Source: Hypanus sabinus (taxonomy: Eukaryota). From it: 64,000 nucleotides of DNA. The stretch is taken from assembly GCF_030144855.1 (NCBI RefSeq), contig NC_082713.1, positions 140,616,001 through 140,680,000 of the forward strand. The letters run 5' to 3'. Below the pieces are notes generated by a model. It was not told the DNA's origin. It saw only the letters and a program-made list of their open reading frames with translations, and ran no database searches. The position numbers and the translations under genes are program-made. Shown one piece after another: positions 1 to 13,560 of the stretch; within the stretch, counting starts at the first letter, position 1; each line of letters opens with the position of its first letter.

Positions 1-689
1 CTAATATATAATATAGCTTGATTATTTTGTTCTCAAATATTAATTTAAATATCAATTTATCTATGTTTCAACTAAAGTGGCTAAAATCAAGTAATATTTT
101 AGGTGTAGAGTTCCTGCCAGTTTAGCAAGGGTTGAAATCACTATTAATATATTATTTTGGTATATGAAAACTATTTAATGTAAATATTTTATTGCAATAC
201 AATAATCAACAATAATCAGAATGTCTACAAGAGGAAAGATTGATAAAAATTAAGAAAATAAATGTTGGTACTTGATTTCTGTCTTAGGTAAAAGCAGCAA
301 AAATTTAAAAAAGGAAATTGCCTAAAAATATCACTTCTTCAACTGACTATATATCCATTGTGGATTTTTATTAATTTAATACTCATTTACTAACACTGAA
401 ATGTATATGTTAAACATTAGAATTAGACATTCAGATACAAGGGAAAGGAAATAACCAATAGGCAGAAAAGGTGCAAGTTAATTTTATATACAAAATAAAT
501 ATTTCTTTGTTCTCCAGGCCCACGTGATCCAAAGTTACACTTTGATGGTGAAATGACATCCGATCTTTACTATGACAATGACCATCTTTACTAGGACTTC
601 CCAATGGCCAAGTAATCCTACACTGCTCAAACAAATACAGTAGACATAATGCACACTATTCCTGGAATCTTGAAATCCATACAATTTCA

Positions 690-3045
690 AGCATTAGCAG
701 CACCGGCCAATATTCCTTCTGCAAATATTCATTAAGCTATACATATTTTCATATGAGGTCATGTATATGAACAACAATCCATACCTCTCTAAACAGAGAG
801 ATCTACGAATCATTTCTCTGAGCTTTCCCTTGTGGATTAGAAATCTGTTCTCAGCCTTAAATATATCCAAGTTTGAACCCACTGTTCTTTGGAAGGAATG
901 TCAAAGACTTATAACCCTCTTACAGAAGAAATTCTTCCTCATACGAGTTGCAAATGACTGTCCCTTCTGCTTCTGGACTACTCTATATAAGAGCAAATAT
1001 TCTCTTAACACTTACTTGCATGCTAAGAATCTCATATATTTCAATAAGATCACCTCTTACTCTTGTAAATTATAATGTGCAAAGTTCCAAATTGTTTAAT
1101 GTTCCCTAGTTTAACAGACCATTTCTGGGATTACCCTTGTTAATCTTCAGGGAACCCCTCCAATAAAATAATACCTTTTCTTAAACAGGAGGACCAAAAC
1201 AGGTGCTAGATGAAGTCTCAAGAGGGCCTTGTACTGTAACAATAAGACTTCCCTACATTTATGCTCCAACTCCTTGAAATAAAGGATAACGTTCTATCAG
1301 CATTCCCTATTACCCTCTGCACTTGTGTACTATCTTTTTCTGTTTCATATACCTAAATATTATTATGTTGTGACTTCCTGTATTTTTTTCTATTTAAATA
1401 ATGTCCTGTTCTGCTCTTCCTTCCAAAACGAAATGCTTTACATTTTGCCCACTTACCTAATCAATCAACATCTCTATATACTTGCTCTCTCACAACTTGT
1501 CATTCTGCCTCTTTTTTTGGGTATCCATTAAATTTCTTCATAAGTTATTGTTATACAGATGTAGTTCTGGAGACAAAGACAACTTTAAAATAACTGCTTT
1601 ATCCTTCCCTGTTAGCCAAAAATCTAACCATGCCAATATGCTGCCTCCAACAGTGAGGGCTCTTGGATGTGATTTTACCTTTGTGAGGCACATTGTCAAG
1701 TGCCTTCGAGAAGTCCAAATACAACACATTGTGTTGTAGGTTTTCTATGTACATCTACCAATTCTCCCCTATCCACTCTGGTTGAGAAATCCTCAAAAGT
1801 TCAAATGTCAGACAAGATTTCCATTTCTTAAAGCCATGCTGACTCTACAGTAGCTTGTGTTTAGCACTACATTTTACAGTACTAGAGACCTGGGTTCAAT
1901 TCCCGCTACTGTCTGTAAGGACTTTGTACATTCTTGCCATAACTGTGTTGGGTTTCCTCTGGGTGCTCTGATTTCCTCCCACAGTCCAAAGACATACCAG
2001 TTAGCACGTTAATTGGTTATTGTAAATTGTCCCTTGGTTAGACAAGGATAAAATTGTGGGTTGCTGGGTGGTAGGGCTCAAAGGGCCAGAAGGGCCTGTT
2101 CCGTGCTGTATCTCAATAAATAAAAAATAAATTACAATCTTCCTAATGTGTTGTTATTACTTTATTTTTAATAGATTCTAATATTTTTCTAACAATTGAT
2201 ATTGACTAATCACCCATAGTTACAGTTACTACTTCTCCAATCTGCTGGCCATGGGTTTTAAAGGAGCTGGTCACATAGACAGTGGACCCATGGTTGAGAT
2301 TTTTCATAACCCACTAAATTTCAAAGGGTACCAGGAGATTGGAAAATCAGAAAACCAAGTCCCTTGATTAAAAAGAAAGATGGAAGGCAGGGAACTTGAG
2401 GTCATTTAAGCATTTTTTGGCAAAATTCTGGAGTCAGTAATCAAAGAGGAAGTAACTAACCATTTGGTTGGTTGTATTTAATCAAACCTTGTCAATAATG
2501 GTTTTGTGAAAGATAGATCGTTTGACAAATTTGCTTGAATACTTTGAGAATGTGACAAGGAGCGCTGATGGGGGAGCTGTAGATGTAGCAGATTTAAATT
2601 TCTAAAAGGCATTTGAAAAGGTGCCACTTAAGAGGTTGATGCGTAACATAAGAGCTCAATTTATTGGAATCATGATGTTAGAATGGATTGAAAATAGTCT
2701 GTCACACAGAGCAGTGGAATAAATGTGTTCTTCACATGTTGTAATGAGGACATTATGAATCTGCAAGTGAACATGGATGGACAGAGGCTGGACTGAAACC
2801 TGGCAAATGGAGTTTAATGTAGGATGAAGTGAGGTTATGTATTTTAATGAGAAAAATCAAAACGTGTAGTATTAGCTAAATGGAGAGAGAACAGAAACGA
2901 GTGAAGTTAAGATGAATTGTTAGCAGATAGGTTCAACAAGAAAATAAGAAGGCAGTTTAAGATTAATGAGATTTGTTATGGTTGTACAGGGTTTTGGTAA
3001 GGGCACACCTGGATTGCTATGCCCAGCTTTGACCTATTTAACTGA
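690..3045. mobile_element. Old CR1 fragments (minus about 690-1848, plus about 2310-3045) flanking a SINE
   Basis: Degraded RT motifs (VYLDF.KAFDKVPH-like) on both strands. Confidence 0.55.
1849..2130 (+). mobile_element. tRNA-derived SINE (HE1/V-SINE-like)
   Basis: B-box GGGTTCAATTCCC, central ...tttcctcccacagtccaaagac... domain, CR1-like 3' end, A-rich tail. Confidence 0.65.
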
Positions 3046-4004
3046 AAAGAGTGAAAACTTAAGCTCACTGATAGTTTATCATAAGTCAAGGTTCCATGCT
3101 TGCCTTTTCTTGTCAGTGGGGCCTTTGTGAAGAGGTCTTCTCCACTGTGTTGCCTGTGGCCCAACTGCCATCTGGACCATACTACTGGATTTCACCCTGC
3201 TGCTAAGGCTTGCAGGGACTGAAGACAGAAATCTTGTGTAGGGAATCAGATTGGCATAATACATCATACTGGCTCTCAGCCAGAAATTTACAACAGAGAC
3301 ATCTACTGCCAACTTAAACAACTCCTGTATTTTCATCAAGCAGGATTTTAACTATATTGTGATTGGTTTATCTTTCAAGCCATCAGAAGAACAAAAGTTT
3401 CTGCCTTGTGTTAACTCTTGAATTTGAAATTCAATCTGTAAAAAAAAAATCACTGAAACCTTCCTAGTCTTTCCAGACGTAACTATAAAAGAACCATAAG
3501 CTTAATGAGATGCTCTGCTGAAATATATTGTTATATGCAATTTGTTTGAGGTCTTGTTTTCATTCATTTGGTTATTGTCAGATTATACTGCATAACTAAC
3601 AACAGAAGGACGCTCTCCTTTCGCCAGAGAAGTCAGTAAATCCACACAGTACAAAGTATAAACTGGAGGTTTCATTGTGCAGTCATCTGAACCTGGCTTT
3701 AATTATCATCAGACAGATTTCTGTTTTGTGACAGCTATCGTATGTTTGACATGTAGTCAATTATTTTTGTAAGAATCTTTCAGCAGATTTCAATGTACTT
3801 GTTTGATAACGTACTTTACATTCTATCTTTATACTTACAGAGCTGAAACCATGATCACTGGGAAGGTCATTTTGCAGCTCATCATTATCATATTGTTCAA
3901 GTGGAGAATTGTTTTGCCCATTCCTGAAGGTTTCTTGTTTAACAGGTTCATTGATAAACTTCCAGTTTTTTTTCTCAAAGCTATGCATTAAAATTGATGG
4001 TTAT

Positions 4005-4609
4005 TCCAGCACCATACTTCATTAAGAGTTTGTAGACATTTGGTATGTCAACAAAAACACTCAAAAACGTCCATAGATGTATTGTGGAGAGCATTCTGAC
4101 AGGCTGCATCACTGTTTGGTATGGGTGGGGTGGGTGCAGGCTACTGCACAGGACCGAAAGAAGCTTCAGAGGGTCATAGATTTAGTCGGCTCCATCTTGG
4201 TTAGTAGCCTACAAAGTACCCAGGACATCTTCAAGGAGTGGTGTCTCAGACAGGCAGCATCCAATGTTAAGGACCCCCAGAACACAGGGCATGCCCTTTT
4301 CTCACTGTTACCATCAGGTAGGAGGTACAGAAGCCTGAAGGCACACATGCAGTGATTCAGGAACAGCTTCCTCCCCTCTGACATCTGATTCCTAAATAGG
4401 CATTGAATCCATTAACACTACCTCATTTTTTAAATATATATTATTTCTGTTTTTACACAATTTTAAATCTATTCAATAGTCATATACTGTAATTTATTTA
4501 TTTTATTCTTCTATATTAAGTATTGCATTGAACTGCTGCTGCTAAGTTAACAAATTTCACAACACGTACTGGTGATAAAAAACCTGATTCTGATTCTGAT
4601 TCTGATTCT
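4005..4609 (+). mobile_element. Rex1/Babar-type LINE 3' end
   Basis: GHALFSLLPSGRRYRS motif; (GATTCT)n tail at 4585-4609. Confidence 0.75.
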
Positions 4610-6190
4610 CTGGTATATAGTAAATCTGGTAAGATTCTTGTAGCTTCTGGTAATCTTGCAGACAACTACTGGCCTACCGGTTCACAGTCTCAGTCCATCT
4701 CTAATATTAACATAAAATCATGTATGGTACAAATAGTGATTTGTCTAATTTCATCTCTCTGCATGCAAGCCTTACCCACTCCACCATCCCCTATCCAAAT
4801 AGAACATGAATGGTGGATCAGAGAAGATACCAGCCTGCCAAGTTTTAATAGCAGTGCTTAATTGGAGACTGTAGTGTGAACTCATAATGGGATGTGAAGA
4901 TGAAGTAAAAATTTACGACTCTGCTATTTAGACAGTTTAATTTACAGACACTGGGTCTACTTCTCCTACCAGTCCTCAAAACATAGTCAATACTGTCCAA
5001 TCATAACAAATAGATGATCCCTAAAGATGGGATCTCATTTAAACCAACAGATGTTATACCACTAACATGACTTTCCTAAATCTTACTATCATTAGAAAGT
5101 CAGCAATGGGGATTACAAATAAGTGCAACCAAACATTTATCAAGATGATTGAACCACCATTTTTAACTGCATTGCAGTTTGTGTGATATTTTTGAGGGTA
5201 CTTCTGTATTTTATGCAAACATTTTTGTCATACTTTTTAAAAAGAATTATGAAAAGTTAAGTCTGTTCTTATATAAATTACTTTATCCTGTGTGATAACC
5301 ATTCAACTACTTGAAAGAAACTTGACAACGGGACAAAATTTCAATAACTGGTCAGGCTACTAAATGGCTCTCCATTACAACTGCATTTAAGGTTCTGTAC
5401 TGTACCTTATTAAAATTACATTGGAATGCAGCTTCAGGGGACAAACAGCTTTGCATACAGAGAGCTATATAGACGATTTGGCTTGGGTGGGAGCTTTACA
5501 AGTAGAATAGACATTCCTGTACTGTTTAACATTACAATTTTTAAATGGGTTACAAAATCATTATGCAATTAGGCTGAAACCTGGCAAAGACATCATTCTG
5601 TGCAGCATATCAATAAATTCACCAAATGCAAATCACAGATTTAAAATTCTGCAAAACATGATTTTTTTTACATAGTCATCAAGATATTCTCCAAACCTGA
5701 AAAATATATACATGAACTTACATGCCTTTGGTTAAGTTAGATGCCAAATGTGTTCATACTGAGGTTCTAATTGAGAATTAAATTATATAAAAAATAGCAA
5801 CCAGAGAAGTATCAGACTAACTTCTGCTATAAATACAAGTTAGATTGACTGATCTGTAGAATTGTTTGGTGAAGTCCTTATACAGGGCCTCCAAAAAGCA
5901 GGTTTATTCTGAAATCCAGACAAAATTTAAGAAAAAGCCATAAATCACGTTTAGAACCATTTTGAAGTATAAATCAGCTGTATCGACTCCTTAGTAAAAA
6001 CAAGCAGTATGATTTTAACTATTGTGGGTAAAAGGCTGAAACACTCCTTGATATATTTTCCACAATGGACTTTGATTATCTGTGTCCTTTTCAAATAGGT
6101 AACAAAGGAAGCTCTGTTTCTGACTGGCAACAACTGCCGTAACATACGGCAGAGCCATGAAAGTTCTTATTTCAATAAATTGACTCTTAC

Positions 6191-6251
6191 CTTGTAGTCT
6201 GAATAGTATCAGACTGAGTAATATTTTCGAGGTTCTAGCAGGGAGATCCAT
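6191..6251 (-). CDS. FBLN1: Probable fibulin-1 first coding exon (signal peptide, 61 nt, phase 1)
   Basis: MDLPARTSKILLSLILFRLQ followed by donor AAG|GTAAGA; first ATG after the TATA/Inr; position and orientation downstream of RIBC2 match FBLN1 synteny. Identity rests on synteny, not sequence similarity. Confidence 0.55.
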
Positions 6252-6394
6252 CAGGCTGTAAACTAGAAAAGAAAACTTCCTGTTACAGTTTTTAAAAAGA
6301 ACAAAGATGCTGAATTCTGTTCCTTTTAAACAAAATGTCTAGTCTTCTTTAGTTTTCTCTGTTCTCTTGTTCCTTTACTCTTTCTGCAGCAGCC

Positions 6395-6430
6395 TTGACT
6401 GAAGCAGCTTTTGACCACAACTCTTTTATA
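6395..6430 (-). promoter_or_regulatory. TATA box plus Initiator core promoter
   Basis: TATAAAAG at 6430-6423; TCA(+1)GTC with A at 6400, exactly 30 nt downstream; no ATG between 6400 and 6251. Confidence 0.65.
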
Positions 6431-7129
6431 AAAAAAAACGACAGGATTTACTTTGAAGGTCTGGCCCTTTCCAAAAGAGATTCCTTAGCAATTAGCCTGT
6501 AAGATTTCTGGCCAAACACCCAGAGGGGAGCTCAGCCAGGGAGGTGGGGGTTGCAGGGTTTCACTGCAGCAGTGCTCCTGCTGCTCTTAATTTACCAGTA
6601 AGTTTATGGCTTCCCTCTTTCAACCATTAGAATAATAAATGTTTCATTGAAGTACGTACCAAATTCTGACAGCCCTTCAGGAATAACTGCAATAAAGACA
6701 TTTTCCTTTAATTTTGTTGAATTAAAGGCATTGGATTCTTGGTCTTCTGTTTGTAAGCATCTAATATGAAATCTTCTGTCATGTAACAGTGCAATAGACA
6801 AGACTTGAACAGTTTTCCTTGACCATTGCTGCAGACACCATTTATGTGTCAATTGGCAAAATCCAGTTATTAACCCCTCCTACTCACTAGTAAAAAGTAG
6901 CAGGATGTCAATAGGGTTAAAAGGTTAAAAAAAATGCATATTTCAAAGAGGAGGGAAACTTTATAAATAAACTTAAATGAGGTTCTCATGGGACAATTCT
7001 GAGCTTGATTTAAAGTTAACTATATTCCAGTTTCCAAATAGGCTGGATGGAAACGAAAACCAAAACTGTTAAAAAGTCATAAATTTCATCAGTCAAAAAG
7101 CTATATAACATAAAGGCAAGGAGTTACAA

Positions 7130-9520
7130 AGTCTTACAACACAGAAACAGACCTTTCAGCCCATCATGTTAGTGCCAGCCATCAAGAACCTATCAATTCT
7201 AGCTTTATTTTCCGATTTCAGCTTTTGACCTTGAGTGGCATAACATTACATGTGCTTATCTAGATGCTTCTTAAATGCTGTGAGATTACCTGCCTCCATC
7301 ACCCTTCTGGCAGTATGTTCCAGATTTCTAACCCTCTCTTAGTGAAAAAAAACCTTTCTTAAATCTCTTTTAAATCTACAACATCTTACCTTAAACTGAT
7401 CTCTTCCCACTATAGACACAGTTGCTAAGGAGAAGATTTTCTCACTATCTATCCCACTTCCCTCATAATTTTGTATCTTTCAATCAAGCTCTAGCCTGAA
7501 CAGTTTCCTCCCATAGTTAAAATGCTCCATTCTTGGCAACACCTCTACACTCACTACCGAGGAAACAACTTCTTTCTATAATGTGGTGACAAGAACTGTA
7601 CATGATATTTCAGCTGTGACCTAACCAATGTTTTGTGTGGCTGTGCCAAACCTCCTTGCTCTTATATTTTATCTACTGGTTAATGGCACTTGTATGCCTT
7701 GTTAACTGCCTGATCTACTCATGCTGGTCCCTACAGTGATCTTTGGACAAGTATACCAAAATTTCTCAGTACTTCGTTGTATATATCTTAGCATTATTAG
7801 AAATTACCTCATATCTTTCAGGATTAAATTTCATCTAATATTGATCAATATTGTTCTATAGATAAACACTCTCTCTTCACTGCCACAATTTTCACAGAAC
7901 AACATAGAACATAAAACAGTTCAGCACAGACAGACCCTTCAATCCATAATGTTGTGTTGAATTAATAAAATCGGTACTCAAATGCCAAGCTAAACTAATC
8001 CCTTCTGACTACACAGTATCATGTCCTTCCATGTCCTGCATTTCCATGTACGTATCTAAAAGCCTCTTGAATGCCTCTGTTGTGGTTGCCTCCATCACCA
8101 CCCAGGTAGCGCATTCTGAACAGCCACCACTCTCTGTGTAAAACACTTGCACTGCACCTCTCCTTTAAATTCACCCCTTTCATCTTAAAAGCATGCCCCA
8201 GGTAATTACACATTTCAACCTTAGGAAAAAGGTACTGGCTGTCTACTACATCTATACTTCACAAAATCTTATAATCCTCTATCAAATCTCCCCTCAGCCT
8301 CCATTGTTTTAGAGAAAATAACCAAAATTGCCTATCCTCTCTTTATAGTACATATGTACCCTCTAGTCCAGGCAGCATGCTGATGAATCTGTTCTGCATC
8401 TTCTGCAAAGCCTTGTTATTCTTCCTATAATGAGCTGAATGCAATTCTCCAGATGCGGCCTAACTAGTTTCATAAATCTGCTACATAACTTCCCAATTCT
8501 GAACTTACTGTCTTGACTAATAAAGGCAAACATGCCTTTTGCCTTCTTAACCACCCTATCAACTTATGCAGCCACTTTCAGAGAGTAATAAACTTGGACT
8601 GCAAGATCCCTCTGCTCATCAACACTGTCAAGGGTCTTGTCCTTAACAGTGTACTGTATCTTTACATTTGATCTGCCAAAGGGTAACACTTCACATTTGG
8701 CCAGGTTAAGCTCCATCTGTCATTCCCCACCCCTTTCTGCATCTGATCTATATCCAACTGTATCCATTGGCTGTCGTCTACATCACTTGTCATTGTTTCG
8801 TCTGCAATTTAATTCCTGACCTATTTAAATTTATATTTATATATATATCACAAACAACAATATGGGTTCCTGCGGATAAACCTTTTCCCTAAAATCATCT
8901 TCAGCAACTTCCCTACCACAGACATGAGCCACAACTGTCTATAGTTTCGAGGATTATCCCTATTTCCCTTCTTGAATAAAAATTCAGCTTTAGCTATTCA
9001 CCAATTCTATGGGACCTCACCTGTGGCTAGAAAGAACATGAAGATATTGGTCAAGGCCCCAGCAATCTCATCACTTGCTTCTCTCAGTAATCTGGGATAT
9101 ATCCCATCAGGTGCTGGAGATTTATCAACCTTACTATTGTTTAAGGGACCAACACTATCTCTTTGCCCTCGCAAATTAGAACTGATTTCCCTGTCCTCCA
9201 CATCCTTCTCTTTGGTAAATTCTGATGCAAACTACTCATTTAGATTATCATCCACATCTTCTGCCACCAAGCATATGTTCTTTCCTTTTTGCTTGAATGG
9301 TTCTGACCATTCCCTAGTTATTCTCTTACTCTTAATATAATTTATAGAATGCATTGAGTTTCTTTCATCCTATTTGCCAAGGACTGTTCACTGTCACTCC
9401 TGGCATTCCCAATTCCCTTCTTGAGTTATTTTCTGACTTCTTTATAATCTTCAAGGGCTCTGTTTGATTTTAGTCTCCTAAACCTTACATACACTTCCTT
9501 GTTCTTCTTGACTAAATTCA
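7130..9520 (-). mobile_element. Cluster of degraded CR1 LINE fragments
   Basis: KVDKSPAPDGIYPRLLRE, LVRPHLENCIQ and VKKAKGMFAFI motifs; gttctatgtt-type tail near 7900. Confidence 0.7.
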
Positions 9521-9791
9521 ACAGGTTAGAGTAAATTTATTATCAAAGTAGGTTTATGCCACCCTGAAATTCATTTTCTTGCAGGCAGTTACAGCAAGAC
9601 AAAGAAGTACAATAGAATCAATGAAAAACTACACACAATGACTGGCAATTTGTGCAAAAGCAAAAATGTAATAATAAGTAAAAGTGAGAGTGTGAATTCA
9701 AGAGTCCTTGAAAGAGATCAATGATCAGTTTGGTGCTGTGGTGAGTGAAGATGTCCGTGCTGGTTCAGTAGCCTGATGGTTGAAGGGTAAT

Positions 9792-10239
9792 CACGAGGAA
9801 ATCTGCAGGTGCTGGAAAATTCAAACAACACACACAAAATGCTGGTGGAACACAGTAGGCCAGGTAGCATCTATAGGATGAAGCACTGTTGACATTTCGG
9901 GCTGAGACCCTTTGTCAGGACTAGCTGAAAGGAGAGATACTAAAAGATTTGAAAGTAGTGGGGGGAGGGGGAAATGCAAAATGATTGGCGAAGACCGGAG
10001 GGGATGGGATGAAGCTAAGAGCTGGAAAGGTGATTGGCGAAAGTGATACAGCTGAAGAAGGGAAAGGATCATGGGTCAGTAGGCCTTGGGAGAAAGAAAG
10101 AGTGGGGGGGAGCACCAGAGGGAGATGGAGAACAGACAGGGTGATGGACAGAGAGAGAGAAAAAAACCAAACAACTAAATATGTCAGGGATGGGTTAAGA
10201 AGGGGAGGAGGGGCATTAACGGAAGTTAGAGAAGTCAAT
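9792..10239 (-). mobile_element. Penelope-like 3' (pLTR) fragment nested in a Rex-like LINE
   Basis: High similarity to 32791-33200. Confidence 0.75.
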
Positions 10240-13049
10240 CCTGAAGTTTGTCAGAGTTTTAGGTGACATGCCAAATCTATGCAAACTTCTAAGAATGTGG
10301 AGGTGCTGCCATGCTTTCTTTGAAATGGCATTAATGTACTTGTCCCAGGACAGATCCTCTGAAATGATAATGCCCAGGAATTTAAAGTTACTGACCCTCT
10401 CCACCTTCAATGCCCCAATGAGTACTGGCTCATGGACCCCAATTTCTTCCTCTTGTAGTCAATAATCAGCTCTTTGCTTTTGCTGATGATGAGTGAGAAG
10501 TTGTTGTTGTGGCACCACTCAACCAGTTTTACCATCTCCCTCCGTCACCATCTTTCATTCGGCCAATAATAGTGGTGTCATCAGAAATTGTTAAGATGAC
10601 ATCTAAGCTGTACTTAGCCTCACAGTCATAAGTATAAATTGAGTTGAGCAGGGGAGCTAAGCACATAGCCTTGTGGTGGGCCTGTGCTGATGGTGATTGT
10701 GGAGGAGATGTTGTCAATCTGTATAGTCTGCAAGTGACTGGGGTCTCCTCCCTAGCCTTCCAGAGCAACTGGGACACAGCAGGCAATCAGTGTGAGCCTG
10801 GAGTACCAATTCATCAAAGAGACACCCAGCTTCTCTTCCACTGACCACAGTCTCTTTATACCACTCTATAATCACTGACCTCACTCACTCCGCCCTCCAA
10901 TCTCCCCTTCCCTTCACAATTACAAAGGAACCAAAGGGTGGAACACTACTTTTCAGATTATACATTTGGACAACATCTGGGATGAAAAGAATTACATATA
11001 TTCAACTTCTCATCAATGGATTGTATTAAAAGTTTTTTTAAAATCCCACATGACAGTTCTGTTATCACACCACTTTTCTCTTTCATGGTATTGGCAAGAC
11101 CCCCATTATATAATCAATTTATCAGGATTCCAGTTGGCTGGACACCAGACATTAAAAGACCTCTTTCCAATAAATTGCTTTCTTTTTCTTAAGCAGTTCC
11201 TTGTGATTGAGGTGAACTTCATTTTGTGGGTTCTCAGCAAGTTGATAAAGCCAACTTAAGAACCACAGGCTCTTCGACAAAGGGGCCGGGGCAGGGCAGG
11301 CAGTAACTGACCATGTGTGTGGATTGTTTGTAATATGATCCACTCGGTCTGCCACTTACACAGAGCCTTTGTATGCTTCTAATGCACCGATTCATAGCCT
11401 CAAGGTTCTCAATATCAACTTGAATATTTCTTCTCTGTGTTGAGCACTCATGGGTTGAATGTTTCTAGAAGCCTGTGGTGATGTTGCAAGTAGAATTCTT
11501 CAAGTAGACTTGGCTTAAACTGGAATCTGTTTCTTTATTAGTCTGGCAATCTGTTCCTATGACAGAGCTCAGAATAGAGCACTTGGTTCAGGACACTGGT
11601 TCCAATCATGTGAAGGACGTAGCCTGTCCAACATAGCCAGTAATTAGGCTCTAACCACTAGGGATACTGGAGGGGACATTGATATTCATTTGCTTGTTCT
11701 TCTAGAGAATTTGAAAAATTTGGCAAAAGTATTGTAAATGTTATTATTAGTTGATAGTTTTAGTATTTTCTGTTTAACACAATGTTACTCCATTTTTCTT
11801 ATGATATTCATTAAGTCTAGCCTGCCAGTCAGGTTCCACCACAGCTGCCAGTAACTTAATACATAGACAGAGAAGCTTTATGTGCTGATAACTATGGATA
11901 TTAAATCACTTCAACTCATCCTATCACATATCTTGTTTTTGTTCTACCATCCTCTACTTTCCTCAAAAAGAATACTAATTAGCATCTCTCTCTCTCTCTG
12001 TCTGTCTCTCTTTGTCCCAGTTCTAGCAAAATCTCACACTGAAAAACATTGACTGCTTTTCTTTCCAGAGATGTTGCCAGCTTGCCAAGTTCTCCAGCAT
12101 CTTCTGGTGTTGTTTCAGATTTCCAGTATCTGTAATTATCTTAGTTTTCAGTAGTTTTCCAATACTTTATGGTGCTGCCTGCTGTAGACTGTCCGAAGGA
12201 ATAATTGCTACCTGATCTTCGAGCACCCTTAGTAAACCAGATTTTCTGCTGATTTGCAGTTGATAGCAGATTTCATTATTTCACTTGATGGGCATTAGTC
12301 AGCTTATGAGCATGCACAAAATGTCATCTGCATACTGGAGCTTCCCATTAGTTCTGAAGATTAGCTGCATCCCCATGGGGAGCTTGTTGGAGGTAATGAG
12401 TTGCAACATCGCAGAAAAATATGTGAAATGAGAGAACATGCTTTGACTCATCTCCTCAACCTCCACTGCTCTACTTCACAGTCACAGAGTTTTGTTACCT
12501 TGAAGGAGGACGTATGTCCTCTAAGCTGAGGGTATGGGGAGGGATCATAGATCAGAGATGAAAAGAAGCTGGGAGATGCTAGAAATAATATTCCTCTGAA
12601 ACCGAGAGAATTGCAGGAAAAGAATCCATATCTTCACTTCATTTATTTATCACGTTTGGTGCCCAGACCTTTAGAACTGTGGTTCACAATTGCATCCTTG
12701 GAGTATTTACATAGTTAAAAGCTTAACTGTAACACATAGTTCACAGACACCTATCCCACCCGTCTTCAGCTGTCCTGTTACATTCATCACTGCTATATCC
12801 ATGCACAAAGCTCAAAGTCCACATCACTTACATGATTACAGCATTAGAACAATAATAATTATATCATTACCATGTTTTGATATCAACTTTTCCCTTTGCC
12901 TCAAACCATATGACAATAACACCACCTCCAAACACAAACCTAAGAACCTGACACTTTACTGGTAGCTTAGGTCTGTCAGTTGCTCATGGAGGGGCACCTG
13001 ACTTAGCAAGTTGCAGTTTGTCAGAGGGGTAGGGAAGTTGAATTGGAAA

Positions 13050-13560
13050 CAAAAATTGCTGGAAACACTCAGCAAGTCAGGCAGCATGTGGAAAGCCAGA
13101 AAGAGTTAATGTTTCAAGTCTGAGGCCCTTCATCAGAACTCCAAAAGGAAGAAAGCAAGTTCGTTTTCAGTCATAGATAAGGTGGGTGAGTAATAAGTAG
13201 AACTAAGAGAATATCTGATGGAGTGAGACTAACAGAGATAATGTGACAATTATGATCAGAATCTGCTTCATTTTTCTGTGTTATGCTTTTGTGTGTGCTG
13301 TTAAGAACAAGGCTGAGGGAGATATTCAGCAGCTTTTCTGTACTCATAGAACAGCAAAGCCTGAGGCTAAGTGATGATTGAAAGAAATTGCCAGTTCTGC
13401 TACAGGCAGAAGGAAAGAGCAAGTTGCCTAAAGTTGGAGTATTTGATATTGAGTCTGGAGGCTGCAATGTTTCAGATGGAATATGAGGTGTTGTCCCACA
13501 AGCTGGTGTTGAGCCTTATTGTACCAATGCAGGAGATCAGAGGCATGGGTCTGTGTAGGA
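13050..13560 (-). mobile_element. Older Penelope-like fragments
   Basis: gctggaaacactcagcaagtcaggcagcat terminus, hammerhead-like core at 13108-13136, degraded GIY-YIG C-terminal region. Confidence 0.55.

Noticed and set aside
1849-1930. tRNA gene
   Set aside because: Only a B-box is present, no cloverleaf; it is a SINE head
431-6190. FBLN1 exon 2 (anaphylatoxin-like CC motif)
   Set aside because: No convincing Cys-patterned exon with splice sites was found; it is probably outside the window
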